DNA from: Candidatus Latescibacterota bacterium
GTDB taxonomy: Bacteria > Latescibacterota > UBA2968 > GCA-2709665
DNA length: 64,000 nt
Direction of reading: 5' to 3'
Assembly: GCA_965226795.1 (NCBI GenBank)
Contig: CBDDDZ010000004.1
Coordinates: forward strand, 128,001-192,000
The stretch's first letter is position 1. The number at the start of each line of letters is the position of its first letter. Below are positions 9,800 to 19,205 of the stretch, piece after piece. Both the position numbers and the translations under genes were made by a program. Under the pieces are notes generated by a model. The model worked only from the letters and a program-made list of their open reading frames with translations. It had not been told where the DNA came from and did no database searches.

Positions 9800-12565
9800 G
9801 TGACTGACATTTACCGCACTCCGGAACAGAAGGCGCGCGACAAGATCGACGTGATGTTGAATCAGGCCGGCTGGCAGGTTCAGTCAAGAAACAAGATTGA
9901 CTTGAATGCGTGCGCCGGCATCGCTGTTCGCGAGTATCAGACGGATGTTGGCCCAGCCGACTACGTTCTCTTTGTTGACAAGAAAGCCGTCGGTGTTGTC
10001 GAGGCCAAGCCGGAGGAATGGGGCCATAACATCACGACCGTGGAATTACAGTCCGGCACTTATGCTGCTGCCGAACTCAAATGGGTAAACAATCAAGAAC
10101 CTCTGCCGTTCGTTTACGAATCCACCGGTGTGCTTACTCGGTTTACCGACGGACGCGACCCGAAACCGCGCTCCCGGGAGGTTTTCAACTTCCCACGACC
10201 GGAAACCATGCCGGAGTGGCACACAAATGACGACTCGCTTCGTGCCAAGCTTCGAAAACTTCCTGAGCTCAACCCTACCGGACTCAGGTCTTGCCAGATA
10301 AGCGCCATCGAGAATCTCGAGATCTCGTTTAGAGACAACCGTCCGCGCGCACTCATTCAGATGGCCACCGGCTCTGGAAAGACCTACACCGCCATCACGT
10401 CGATTTACCGGCTGCTCAAACACGCGGACGCCAGGCGGATTCTCTTTCTCGTAGACACCAGGCATCTGGGTGAACAGGCCGAACAGGAATTCATGGCGTA
10501 CGTACCCAATGACGACAACCGCAAATTCACCGAACTCTACAGCGTTCAGCGTCTCAAATCGTCCTATGTTGCCAAGGATAGTCAGGTCTGTATCAGCACC
10601 ATCCAGCGCATGTATTCGCTTCTGAAGGGCGAGGAGATGGACGAATCCGCGGAAGAGATAAATCCGGCGGAGTTGACGCAGCCCAGACAGCCGATTCCGG
10701 TCGTCTACAACCAGAAAATTCCGCCTGAGTTCTTTGACTTCATCATCATTGACGAATGCCACCGGTCGATCTACAACCTCTGGCGCCAGGTCCTCGAATA
10801 CTTCGACGCATTCCTCATTGGCCTGACCGCTACGCCGGACAACCGTACGTACGGATTCTTCAAGAAAAACGTCGTCAGCGAATACACCCACGAACAAGCC
10901 GTCGCGGACGGTGTCAACGTCGGCAACGAAGTCTATATAATCGATACGGAAAGGACAGAGCACGGTGGCCATATAAGAGCCCACCAGCACGTCGAAAAAC
11001 GGGAGCGTCTCACGCGGCGCAAGCGCTGGGAGATTCAGGACGAGGATCTCGTTTATACCAGACAAGAACTGGATCGTGCCGTCGTCAATCCCGACCAGAT
11101 CCGTACCGTCATCCAGACCTTCCACGATAAACGGCATGAGATATTTCCGGGCCGAAGCGAAGTTCCGAAGACGTTGATTTTTGCCAAAACCGATAGCCAT
11201 GCCGACGACATCATACAGACCGTGCGTGAAGAATTCGCCGAAGGCAACGAGTTCTGCAAAAAGATCACCTACCGAGCAACAGAAGACCCGAAATCTGTCC
11301 TTGCCCAGTTTCGAAACGACTACTACCCGCGCATAGCTGTCACCGTGGATATGATTGCCACGGGTACCGACGTCAAACCACTCGAATGCCTGATCTTCAT
11401 GCGTGACGTGAGGAGCCGAAACTATTTCGAGCAGATGAAGGGTCGCGGGACCCGTACCTTTGAACACGACGATCTTAGGAAAGTCTCGCCGTCCGCTGTA
11501 AGTGGCAAGACCCACTATGTGATTGTCGACGCCGTCGGCGTCACAAAATCACTAAAGACTGCCAGCCAGCCGCTCATCACCAAACCTTCGGTGTCACTCA
11601 AGGATCTTGCAATGTGCGTGATGATGGGCGCCCACGATGAGGACACGGTGAGTTCCCTTGCCGGACGGCTCGCCCGACTCAACCGACAGCTCGACCAAGA
11701 TGAGCAGGATCGTATCCGAGAAAAGGCTGGCGGCGTCGAACTCACCAACATCGTCGGCGATCTGCTGGCGGCTATCGACCCGGACCGGATTGATGCGAAG
11801 GCTCGCGAAATTGAAGCTGTGCCCGACGGCGACGACCCGTCACCACCCGCTCGCGTCCAGGCGCGGGGACAGTTTGTAGCCGAGGCGGCCAGCGTGTTCA
11901 ACGGCGAGTTGATCGAATTGATCGATTCCATCCGCCGCGACAAAGAACAGACCATCGATCATGAGAGCCTGGACACCGTGCGGCGAGCTGAATGGAAAGG
12001 CGACGCGCACGAGAACGCCGAGGCCCTTGTCAAAGACTTCCGGGACTATCTTGAAGCCAATCGCGATGAAATCGAAGCCCTAACCATCTTTTACGCTCAA
12101 CCGTACAGGCGAAGAGACCTGACATTCGAGATGATCCGCGAGGTTTTCGAAAAGCTTAAAATCGATCGGCCTCGACTAGCCCCTTTGCGTGTATGGCAGG
12201 CATACTCCGTATTGGATGAATACAACGGCAGGCAACCGGCCAGTGAACTGACCGCGCTTGTGGCTTTGATCCGCCGCGTCTGCGGGATTGACGAGAAAAT
12301 CTCAACTTATTCGGATACCGTTCGCCGCAACTTCCAAAATTGGATTATGACACACCACAGCGGCAGCGGCGAAAAGTTCAACGAAGAGCAAATGCACTGG
12401 TTGCGCATGATCCGCGACCACATCATCACCTCCTTTCATCTGGAGCACGACGATCTGGACATGGCTCCATTCGATGGCAAGGGCGGCATGGGGCAGATGT
12501 ACAAGCTCTTCGGAGACCGAATGGATGATGTGATTGAGGAATTGAATGAGGCATTGGCAGCGTAA
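9800..12565 (+). CDS. hsdR: Type I restriction enzyme R subunit (EcoAI/EcoEI-like)
   Basis: ADYVL..VVEAK nuclease motif, MATGSGKT, DECHRS, LTATP, QMKGRGTR. Likely GTG start at 9800; the ORF track starts at 9713. Confidence 0.95.
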   Translation: MTDIYRTPEQKARDKIDVMLNQAGWQVQSRNKIDLNACAGIAVREYQTDVGPADYVLFVDKKAVGVVEAKPEEWGHNITTVELQSGTYAAAELKWVNNQEPLPFVYESTGVLTRFTDGRDPKPRSREVFNFPRPETMPEWHTNDDSLRAKLRKLPELNPTGLRSCQISAIENLEISFRDNRPRALIQMATGSGKTYTAITSIYRLLKHADARRILFLVDTRHLGEQAEQEFMAYVPNDDNRKFTELYSVQRLKSSYVAKDSQVCISTIQRMYSLLKGEEMDESAEEINPAELTQPRQPIPVVYNQKIPPEFFDFIIIDECHRSIYNLWRQVLEYFDAFLIGLTATPDNRTYGFFKKNVVSEYTHEQAVADGVNVGNEVYIIDTERTEHGGHIRAHQHVEKRERLTRRKRWEIQDEDLVYTRQELDRAVVNPDQIRTVIQTFHDKRHEIFPGRSEVPKTLIFAKTDSHADDIIQTVREEFAEGNEFCKKITYRATEDPKSVLAQFRNDYYPRIAVTVDMIATGTDVKPLECLIFMRDVRSRNYFEQMKGRGTRTFEHDDLRKVSPSAVSGKTHYVIVDAVGVTKSLKTASQPLITKPSVSLKDLAMCVMMGAHDEDTVSSLAGRLARLNRQLDQDEQDRIREKAGGVELTNIVGDLLAAIDPDRIDAKAREIEAVPDGDDPSPPARVQARGQFVAEAASVFNGELIELIDSIRRDKEQTIDHESLDTVRRAEWKGDAHENAEALVKDFRDYLEANRDEIEALTIFYAQPYRRRDLTFEMIREVFEKLKIDRPRLAPLRVWQAYSVLDEYNGRQPASELTALVALIRRVCGIDEKISTYSDTVRRNFQNWIMTHHSGSGEKFNEEQMHWLRMIRDHIITSFHLEHDDLDMAPFDGKGGMGQMYKLFGDRMDDVIEELNEALAA

Positions 12566-12566
12566 A

Positions 12567-14072
12567 ATGGATGAACTGGTTTCTACCAAAAGTAACATTC
12601 CGGCAAGTTGGATTGTAGAGAATTTAGACGTACTCTGTCGAAAAATAACCAAGGGAGCGACGCCTACAAGCTATGGATATAAATTCCAAGATTCTGGTAT
12701 CAACTTTGTCAAAATTGAAAACATCTCGAATGGGTTGATCGAGTCAAACACCATTCAGACATTTGTCAGTGAAGAAGCCCACGAAAACCAGGGAAGGTCA
12801 ATTCTTGAAGAGAACGACATCCTATTTTCGATAGCGGGAACAATCGGTCAGACTTGCATCGTAAGGAAAAGAGACCTCCCGGCAAATACCAATCAAGCCC
12901 TCGCGATTATTTCTGGATTTGCTAATTGCTTAGTCCCGGATTTCTTGGAGTTTCAACTCCGATCTACCGTTGCTAGTCGTGCAAAAGCGAAAGCCAGGGG
13001 TGGTGCGATGAATAATATTTCCCTAGGGGATCTCCGCAGCCTTCAGATATTGGTTCCACCACTCAAAGAGCAACTCCGAATCGTCGCCAAGATCGAGGAG
13101 CTTTTTCCCGAACTGGACAAGGGCATTGCGAGCCTGAAGGCGGCGCGGGCGAAGCTCGATATCTACCGCCAGGCCGTGCTCAAGCACGCCTTCGAAGGAA
13201 GGCTCACGGCCCAGTGGCGCGAAGAGAACCAAGACAAGCTTGAGCAGCCCGGGAAATTGCTCGCCCGCATCAAACGGGAGCGAGAAACACGTTACGAACA
13301 GCAACTTCATGAGTGGAAGGCCGCCGTCAAAAAATGGGGGAAAAGCGATAAAACGGCCAAGAAACCAGCGAAACCCAAAAGGCTGAGAAGCTTTTCAGTT
13401 TTTTCTGAAAATCAGCCGCTCAACAGTATTTGGCCGAGTTTTGAACTTGGGGACTTAATCAACGTCTCGAGCGGACAAAGCCTAACATCGAACGCCATGA
13501 GAGGCGGCAAATATCCAGTTTATGGTGGCAATGGGATTAATGGGTATCATGACGAATATCTGATTTCGGAACCAACTTTGATTATCGGCCGAGTGGGCGC
13601 GAAGTGCGGGGTAACCCATATTACCTTGAAGAACTCTTGGATAACTGACAATGCTCTAATCGCCTCGCCTCTTGTAAGATCGTTTGACAAACGCTATTTC
13701 AAATACTTACTGGAGCATAAGAACCTCAATGTATTAGGAAGTTCAACTGGACAGCCCGTTATATCTGGGGCGAAAATTTACGCTGTTCGCATTCCACTTC
13801 CCACGCTTGCTGAACAAATACAAATTGCAGATATAATAGAAAAAGCGAACTCATCAATCGACGAATTGACAACCGAAATCGACGATCAGCTACTTCAAGC
13901 CGACGTATTTCGACAATCGCTCTTAAAGAAAGCCTTTTCCGGCCAGCTCGTCCCACAGGACCCAAACGATGAACCTGCCTCGGTTCTTCTGGACCGAATC
14001 AGGGCCGAAATAGTGAAGACGGTGAAGAACAACCACTACAAGAAAACAAAGAAGAGAAAGACAACTGCATGA
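12567..14072 (+). CDS. hsdS: Type I R-M specificity subunit
   Basis: Two TRDs each followed by PPLKEQ.RIV / PTLAEQ.QI helices; LLKKAFSGQLVPQDPNDEPAS. Confidence 0.95.
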   Translation: MDELVSTKSNIPASWIVENLDVLCRKITKGATPTSYGYKFQDSGINFVKIENISNGLIESNTIQTFVSEEAHENQGRSILEENDILFSIAGTIGQTCIVRKRDLPANTNQALAIISGFANCLVPDFLEFQLRSTVASRAKAKARGGAMNNISLGDLRSLQILVPPLKEQLRIVAKIEELFPELDKGIASLKAARAKLDIYRQAVLKHAFEGRLTAQWREENQDKLEQPGKLLARIKRERETRYEQQLHEWKAAVKKWGKSDKTAKKPAKPKRLRSFSVFSENQPLNSIWPSFELGDLINVSSGQSLTSNAMRGGKYPVYGGNGINGYHDEYLISEPTLIIGRVGAKCGVTHITLKNSWITDNALIASPLVRSFDKRYFKYLLEHKNLNVLGSSTGQPVISGAKIYAVRIPLPTLAEQIQIADIIEKANSSIDELTTEIDDQLLQADVFRQSLLKKAFSGQLVPQDPNDEPASVLLDRIRAEIVKTVKNNHYKKTKKRKTTA

Positions 14073-15556
14073 ATACCGCTCCCATCGTATCCAAAGTCTG
14101 GAGCTTCTGCACCACCCTACGCGATGACGGGGTGAGCTATGGCGACTACCTGGAGCAGCTCACCTATCTGATCTTCCTCAAGATGGCCGACGAATATGCC
14201 AAGCCACCGTACAACCGCGATGTTGGCATCCCAGCCGAATTCAACTGGCAGAGCCTGAAGTCAAAAAGAGGTTCCGAGCTTGAAGGCCACTACGTCGCCC
14301 TGCTTCGCGAACTCGGGACCAAGACAGGCATTCTTGGTCAGATCTTTACCAAGGCCCAGAACAAGATCCAGGATCCAGCGAAGTTGTTCCGCCTCATCGA
14401 CATGGTGGACAACACCGAATGGGTGACCATGGATGCCGACGTAAAGGGTGATATTTACGAAGGGCTTCTTGAGAAGAACGCTGAGGATACCAAGTCGGGT
14501 GCAGGACAGTATTTCACACCTCGCGCACTCATCCGTACTATGGTCGAATGCATACGACCCGAACCGGGTACGCTCATCGCCGATCCGGCCTGCGGTACGG
14601 GCGGCTTCTTTCTCGCCGCCTACGACTTCATCACCAACCCGGACAACTTCAACCTGGACAAGGATCAGAAGGCATTCCTGAAGCACGAGGCGTTTCACGG
14701 AAACGAGATCGTCGCCAATACTCGTCGTTTGTGTCTGATGAACATGTTTCTCCACAACATCGGCGAGATCGACGGTGGGGTTCCCGTATCGCCCAACGAT
14801 TCGCTGGTGGCCGATGCAGGCAAGCGCTTTGATTGTGTGCTGGCGAATCCGCCCTTTGGCAAGAAGAGTTCCATGAGCTTTACGAACGAGGAAGGCGTAC
14901 AAGAAAGGGACGACCTGACATATAACCGCCAGGACTTCTGGGCGACCACATCCAACAAACAGCTCAATTTCGTGCAGCACATTCGAACAATGCTCAGGAC
15001 CACCGGCCGTGCAGCTGTCGTCGTGCCGGACAACGTGCTGTTTGAAGGGGGCGCCGGTGAGACGATTCGCAAGAAACTGCTGGACAACACCGACCTGCAT
15101 ACGATCCTCCGACTACCGACCGGTGTTTTCTATGCGCAAGGGGTCAAAGCAAACGTGATCTTCTTCGACAATCATGAAGCCAGTCCGTCGCCATGGACCA
15201 AGCAGGTGTGGTACTACGACTACCGAACGAATATTCACCACACACTGAAGAAGAAGCCGATGCGCTTCGAAGATTTATCGGAATTCATCGAGTGCTACAA
15301 TCCGAAAAACCGGCATCAGCGCAAGGCAACCTGGGACGATAAGCATGCACCGGAGGGCCCTTGGCGCAGCTACAGCTACGAGGAGATATGCGAGCGCGAC
15401 AAGACCAGCCTCGACATCTTCTGGCTCAAGGACAAGAGCCTGACTGACCTCGATAATCTGCCCGAACCCGACGAACTTGCCGAAGAGATCATTGAAAACC
15501 TCGAAGCTGGGCTCGACAGCTTTCGCCAGGTTCTTTCGGGATTGGGGACGCGGTGA
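14069..15556 (+). CDS. hsdM: Type I R-M N6-adenine methyltransferase subunit
   Basis: GQYFTPR, DPACGTGGF, NPPF; ATGA overlap with hsdS. Confidence 0.95.
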   Translation: MNTAPIVSKVWSFCTTLRDDGVSYGDYLEQLTYLIFLKMADEYAKPPYNRDVGIPAEFNWQSLKSKRGSELEGHYVALLRELGTKTGILGQIFTKAQNKIQDPAKLFRLIDMVDNTEWVTMDADVKGDIYEGLLEKNAEDTKSGAGQYFTPRALIRTMVECIRPEPGTLIADPACGTGGFFLAAYDFITNPDNFNLDKDQKAFLKHEAFHGNEIVANTRRLCLMNMFLHNIGEIDGGVPVSPNDSLVADAGKRFDCVLANPPFGKKSSMSFTNEEGVQERDDLTYNRQDFWATTSNKQLNFVQHIRTMLRTTGRAAVVVPDNVLFEGGAGETIRKKLLDNTDLHTILRLPTGVFYAQGVKANVIFFDNHEASPSPWTKQVWYYDYRTNIHHTLKKKPMRFEDLSEFIECYNPKNRHQRKATWDDKHAPEGPWRSYSYEEICERDKTSLDIFWLKDKSLTDLDNLPEPDELAEEIIENLEAGLDSFRQVLSGLGTR

Positions 15557-15632
15557 CTGACCCTTCTGGTTGGATTTTTGTCCGCCGAAAAAGGTAAGAT
15601 GTTGCCTGGAACACGGCTGATTAGCTCTTTGT

Positions 15633-17015
15633 GTGGGAGTGATTGTGAATAGGGCTGCACATCTTGGAGTCACAGACATTGATGTGCTTGCGCTTGATGT
15701 GCGTGACAGAGAGTCGCGCCGACTGATAGGCGAAGCGATAACTGCCTACCGAGGCGGCGCACTGCGATCTGCCATCGTGTCGACATGGATTGCGGTGGCA
15801 TATGACGTCATTGCCAAGGCTCGTGAGTTAGCTAGCCAAGGTGAAGCAGCTCCCCAAGCGTTCGTGAAGGAGTTGGACGTCGCGATTGACACGGATGACA
15901 AGCGAAAGCTGCAGAGGTTTGAAGCCGAGTTGATTAAAAAGGTAGATAGCGACCTTCAGTTACTTGCGCGGCACGAATTAGATGCCCTTGTGCGCCTACA
16001 GCGAGATCGACATTTATGCGCCCATCCCGCTTTTGTCGTCCAAGATGAGCTTTACGAACCGTCACCGGAATTGGTGCGCGCACATATCGTCCATGCCCTC
16101 CAATACCTTCTGGTGCATGCACCGCTTCAGGGCAAGAGTGCAATTGCGCGATTCGGCGCTGATTTACTTAGCCCCTCGTTCCCAGCGTCACCCAAGGAAA
16201 TCAGCGCTTTCCTCCGCACGAGATACCTCGACCGGGCGAAAGATGTACTGGTGATTAATCTTCTCAAGGCGATAGTCAGCGGACCGTTTGGCTCTGAAAA
16301 AGCTAGGTATGCCAGTAAGATCCAGACGCTGGCACTATCGTTACGGGAGATTGCAAACGCAAAAACGCAGATTTATGACTCAGTGATGCCTGAATATGTG
16401 GCTCAGAAATTCGAAAGCGTTGCGGACGACACCCTTCTACGCATTTGTCCATTCCTGACGAACGACCCGCGCATCTGGGATTGGCTGAAGGAGTCAGACC
16501 GCACGCGTATCAAGCGCCTTCTTGAGACCGTTGACGTCGAAACACTAAGAGCCTGCGCTTCGTTCGACGCAATTGCTATCCGTCCGGTGTCCGAAGTCCT
16601 TTTTGACCGGTTTGATACCTTCGATAGAGCCGAACAGATCAGCATTATCGCTGAGCACCCGAGCAAGGAGTTGGTCGGTAGGGGAATTGAATTATACACT
16701 AAGGCCGCAAGTTACCGCCATGCCGAGCAACTTGGTCAGTCAGTTATCTTGTCCCTCGCTACGTGCTTCGATAGCGCAGATGTTAAAGCGGTGCTGAAGG
16801 CCGCGGGTGAGAAAGGAGAGATTTGGAACGCGCACGGCACATCGGACATTCTTGAAAGACTGTTCGATGAGACGATTTCTCTTCTAAGCGAAAGCAGACC
16901 TCACTGGGAAGAATTCGTTCGCAAACAGGTAGAGCGAATGGATGGCGATGCGTCGGAATACTATAGTTATCCTGGACTGCAAAAGCGACTGGACCGGAAT
17001 GTGGAGACGACCTGA
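15633..17015 (+). CDS. Hypothetical protein with N-terminal HEPN-like domain
   Basis: 460-aa ORF with EAITAY..GALRSAIV and an R-x4-H motif (RHLCAH). The C-terminus looks helical and is unassigned. Confidence 0.55.
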   Translation: MGVIVNRAAHLGVTDIDVLALDVRDRESRRLIGEAITAYRGGALRSAIVSTWIAVAYDVIAKARELASQGEAAPQAFVKELDVAIDTDDKRKLQRFEAELIKKVDSDLQLLARHELDALVRLQRDRHLCAHPAFVVQDELYEPSPELVRAHIVHALQYLLVHAPLQGKSAIARFGADLLSPSFPASPKEISAFLRTRYLDRAKDVLVINLLKAIVSGPFGSEKARYASKIQTLALSLREIANAKTQIYDSVMPEYVAQKFESVADDTLLRICPFLTNDPRIWDWLKESDRTRIKRLLETVDVETLRACASFDAIAIRPVSEVLFDRFDTFDRAEQISIIAEHPSKELVGRGIELYTKAASYRHAEQLGQSVILSLATCFDSADVKAVLKAAGEKGEIWNAHGTSDILERLFDETISLLSESRPHWEEFVRKQVERMDGDASEYYSYPGLQKRLDRNVETT

Positions 17016-17509
17016 GGGACGGATAATCAAACGTAAGACATCAGAGTACTCGCGCCCTATGAAGGCGGACACCAGCACTGAAATTTTCGGGTTGCGGTCT
17101 TTTGCGGAATCAATAGCAGCGCGGCGATCAAGTTAGCGCCAACACGTCCTGCAATCGGATTCGTTGACTGGTCGGTCCCTGGCTGCATTGAATCCTTTAA
17201 CCACTGAGTCAATTTCCCGCCATTTATCGGTGCGGGTATCCGTGGTGCCCTCCAAGGTAGGTTGAACAGTACCTGCTCCAGGTGGCGTCCCGAATCAGCT
17301 CTCGGACCGATCCCAATGATCACCCTTTGAAATTGGCGATACATCTTAACTTCAGTCGTCCAGTTGACTTTTCGCGCTGAGACATTCAGTTTTCTTGAAT
17401 TGCAGTTGAATTGTGAACGGTATAGAATTGTGGACCACTCCGCGTTGTATAATCACATCGTTACAGAATGAACACAAAGGATTGTTTTAACAAATGTTAG
17501 GAGAACAGG

Positions 17510-17578
17510 ATGATTGAGATTCTTGATGAACTCAAGAAAGCTCCTACACAGAAAGGTCCAACTTACGGAGAAATATGA
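17510..17578 (+). CDS. Candidate 22-aa small protein MIEILDELKKAPTQKGPTYGEI
   Basis: TATAAT at 17448-17453, AGGAG upstream of the ATG, hairpin plus T-tract directly after the stop. Confidence 0.4.
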   Translation: MIEILDELKKAPTQKGPTYGEI

Positions 17579-17580
17579 AA

Positions 17581-17610
17581 GGCTCCGGGTCGCCTGATTC
17601 GGGGCTTTTT
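17581..17610 (+). terminator. Intrinsic terminator
   Basis: GGCTCCGGGTC-GCCT-GATTCGGGGCT stem (with G:U pairs) followed by a T-run. Confidence 0.6.
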
Positions 17611-17725
17611 GTTTTGTGGTGAAAACTCTCAACGGGTCGTTCCGTTACGATTCATCAACTCTTCGATACACATTTGTAACGCGCGGATTTTGGCGTGCAC
17701 TGTTTTAGTGTGGGGCAGGCGAACA

Positions 17726-19033
17726 ATGATTGACATTATCTCCATACCCGCAGAGCAAATTAGCGAAAATGATATTTATGCGCTCATCGACATGGAAGTC
17801 CCGGAGGGCGAGCAAGTCGAATATAAGGAAAGCCTGCGTAAGCGGAGCAATTCACCAGATCCCTGGATTCTTGGGGAGAATAAGATTGGTGAAGGAGCAA
17901 GAAACGAGATACTTGAGGAGGCCGTCGCGTTTGCAAACGCTCACGCCGGTGCTTTGCTGATTGGTATCAGAGAGTCCAAATCCAAGCCGCCGGTCGCGGC
18001 TGAAATAACGCCGGTCCCGCGGTGTGTTGAGTTAGCCGACCGCTTCAGGCTAAACTTTCGTGACTGCGTGGAACCACAAATCCCAAGTCTGGAAGTGTTT
18101 GGCGTTCCAACCGACGGCGAAAGCGGTGTCGTTATTGTTCGAGTTGGGCGATCACGCTTGGCGCCACATCGCGTTGAGCCCACTCGGAAATGTACCGTCC
18201 GGCGAGCAGATCGATGCGAAGGAATGACGATGCGGGAGATTCAAGATATGACACTGAATGTATCAAGGGGAATGGAACGCTTTGATAAACGACTTGAGGA
18301 ACGATCAGAGCGCTTTCGGCGAGAGCTTGGCAGACTCGAAACCCCTGATGATTCGTACGGATTGCGGTTTACCGCACTGCCCGTTGGGGAGGAAGTTCAA
18401 TTCGATCGCGTTTTTCACCAACAAGGGATAATTGATGATTTATATACGCCATGGCGCACTGTGATCTGGAAAAAAGGTAACGATAGCCGACGACTTGACG
18501 GCCTGCCTGAATTTCCACCAATGTACTGGCGGCCAATCCTCCGCGGAGCGCGAGCGGATATTCATCCGTCTGCTAATTCGAATCTGTACACTGGTTATCA
18601 GGAACTTCATTGCGACGGATTGGTAGAGTTGGGCTTTGCGGCATGTAATCAAGTATCACCTCTTGATCCGGATTTGCCTCTTGTCTTGTTTGCCAACACG
18701 GTTGTTTGGGCAAATTATATCAGACGTCAGTCATCGGTGCCTTTGGCGGAATACGGGCTTGAAGTAGAAATACACGTTACGGGGAATTCTGTTCGCGTAG
18801 GGAAATACAATGACCCTATTTTCAAGGCTATGACTGCAAGTGCGGCAGCTCAGGGAGATGATAGAGAAGTAGATAACTATTTTCCCAAAATATCAAATGT
18901 AAAGTTTCCCAAATATTCCCTGGATAGCGAAGAAACACCCGCCAAACTTCTGTCGATATTCAATCAAGATTTCTCGAACTGGTTGGGAAAGTATATCCCG
19001 AGCGAAGGGGAAGAATTCGAAATTAGCGAATGA
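17726..19033 (+). CDS. Schlafen/AlbA_2 domain protein with unassigned C-terminal domain
   Basis: EGEQVEYKE, AVAFANAHAGALLIGI, APH motifs; likely start at ATG 17726. Confidence 0.8.
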   Translation: MIDIISIPAEQISENDIYALIDMEVPEGEQVEYKESLRKRSNSPDPWILGENKIGEGARNEILEEAVAFANAHAGALLIGIRESKSKPPVAAEITPVPRCVELADRFRLNFRDCVEPQIPSLEVFGVPTDGESGVVIVRVGRSRLAPHRVEPTRKCTVRRADRCEGMTMREIQDMTLNVSRGMERFDKRLEERSERFRRELGRLETPDDSYGLRFTALPVGEEVQFDRVFHQQGIIDDLYTPWRTVIWKKGNDSRRLDGLPEFPPMYWRPILRGARADIHPSANSNLYTGYQELHCDGLVELGFAACNQVSPLDPDLPLVLFANTVVWANYIRRQSSVPLAEYGLEVEIHVTGNSVRVGKYNDPIFKAMTASAAAQGDDREVDNYFPKISNVKFPKYSLDSEETPAKLLSIFNQDFSNWLGKYIPSEGEEFEISE

Positions 19034-19205
19034 CGATTTTCAATCAACCCAATCGCCCCGCTTGAGTCGGTCTCGACCAAAAGGTCCGGAGTAGGACAAA
19101 GCAACTCGGTGGCGTCGACGCCCAAACAGTTTTCAGACACGCGTCAGCTTACTGTTACGCATTTGGCACACGTAGAGTCACTGATTTAGATAAGGAAGCA
19201 AGATA

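Noticed and set aside
10046..11515. Long antisense ORFs (also 36469-38301, 51600-53174, 48258-49313)
   Set aside because: These are shadows of well-supported genes on the opposite strand in GC-rich DNA and carry no motifs.
19034..19205. Possible integron attC sites between island genes
   Set aside because: No convincing RYYYAAC...GTTRRRY pair with complementary inner boxes, and no intI.
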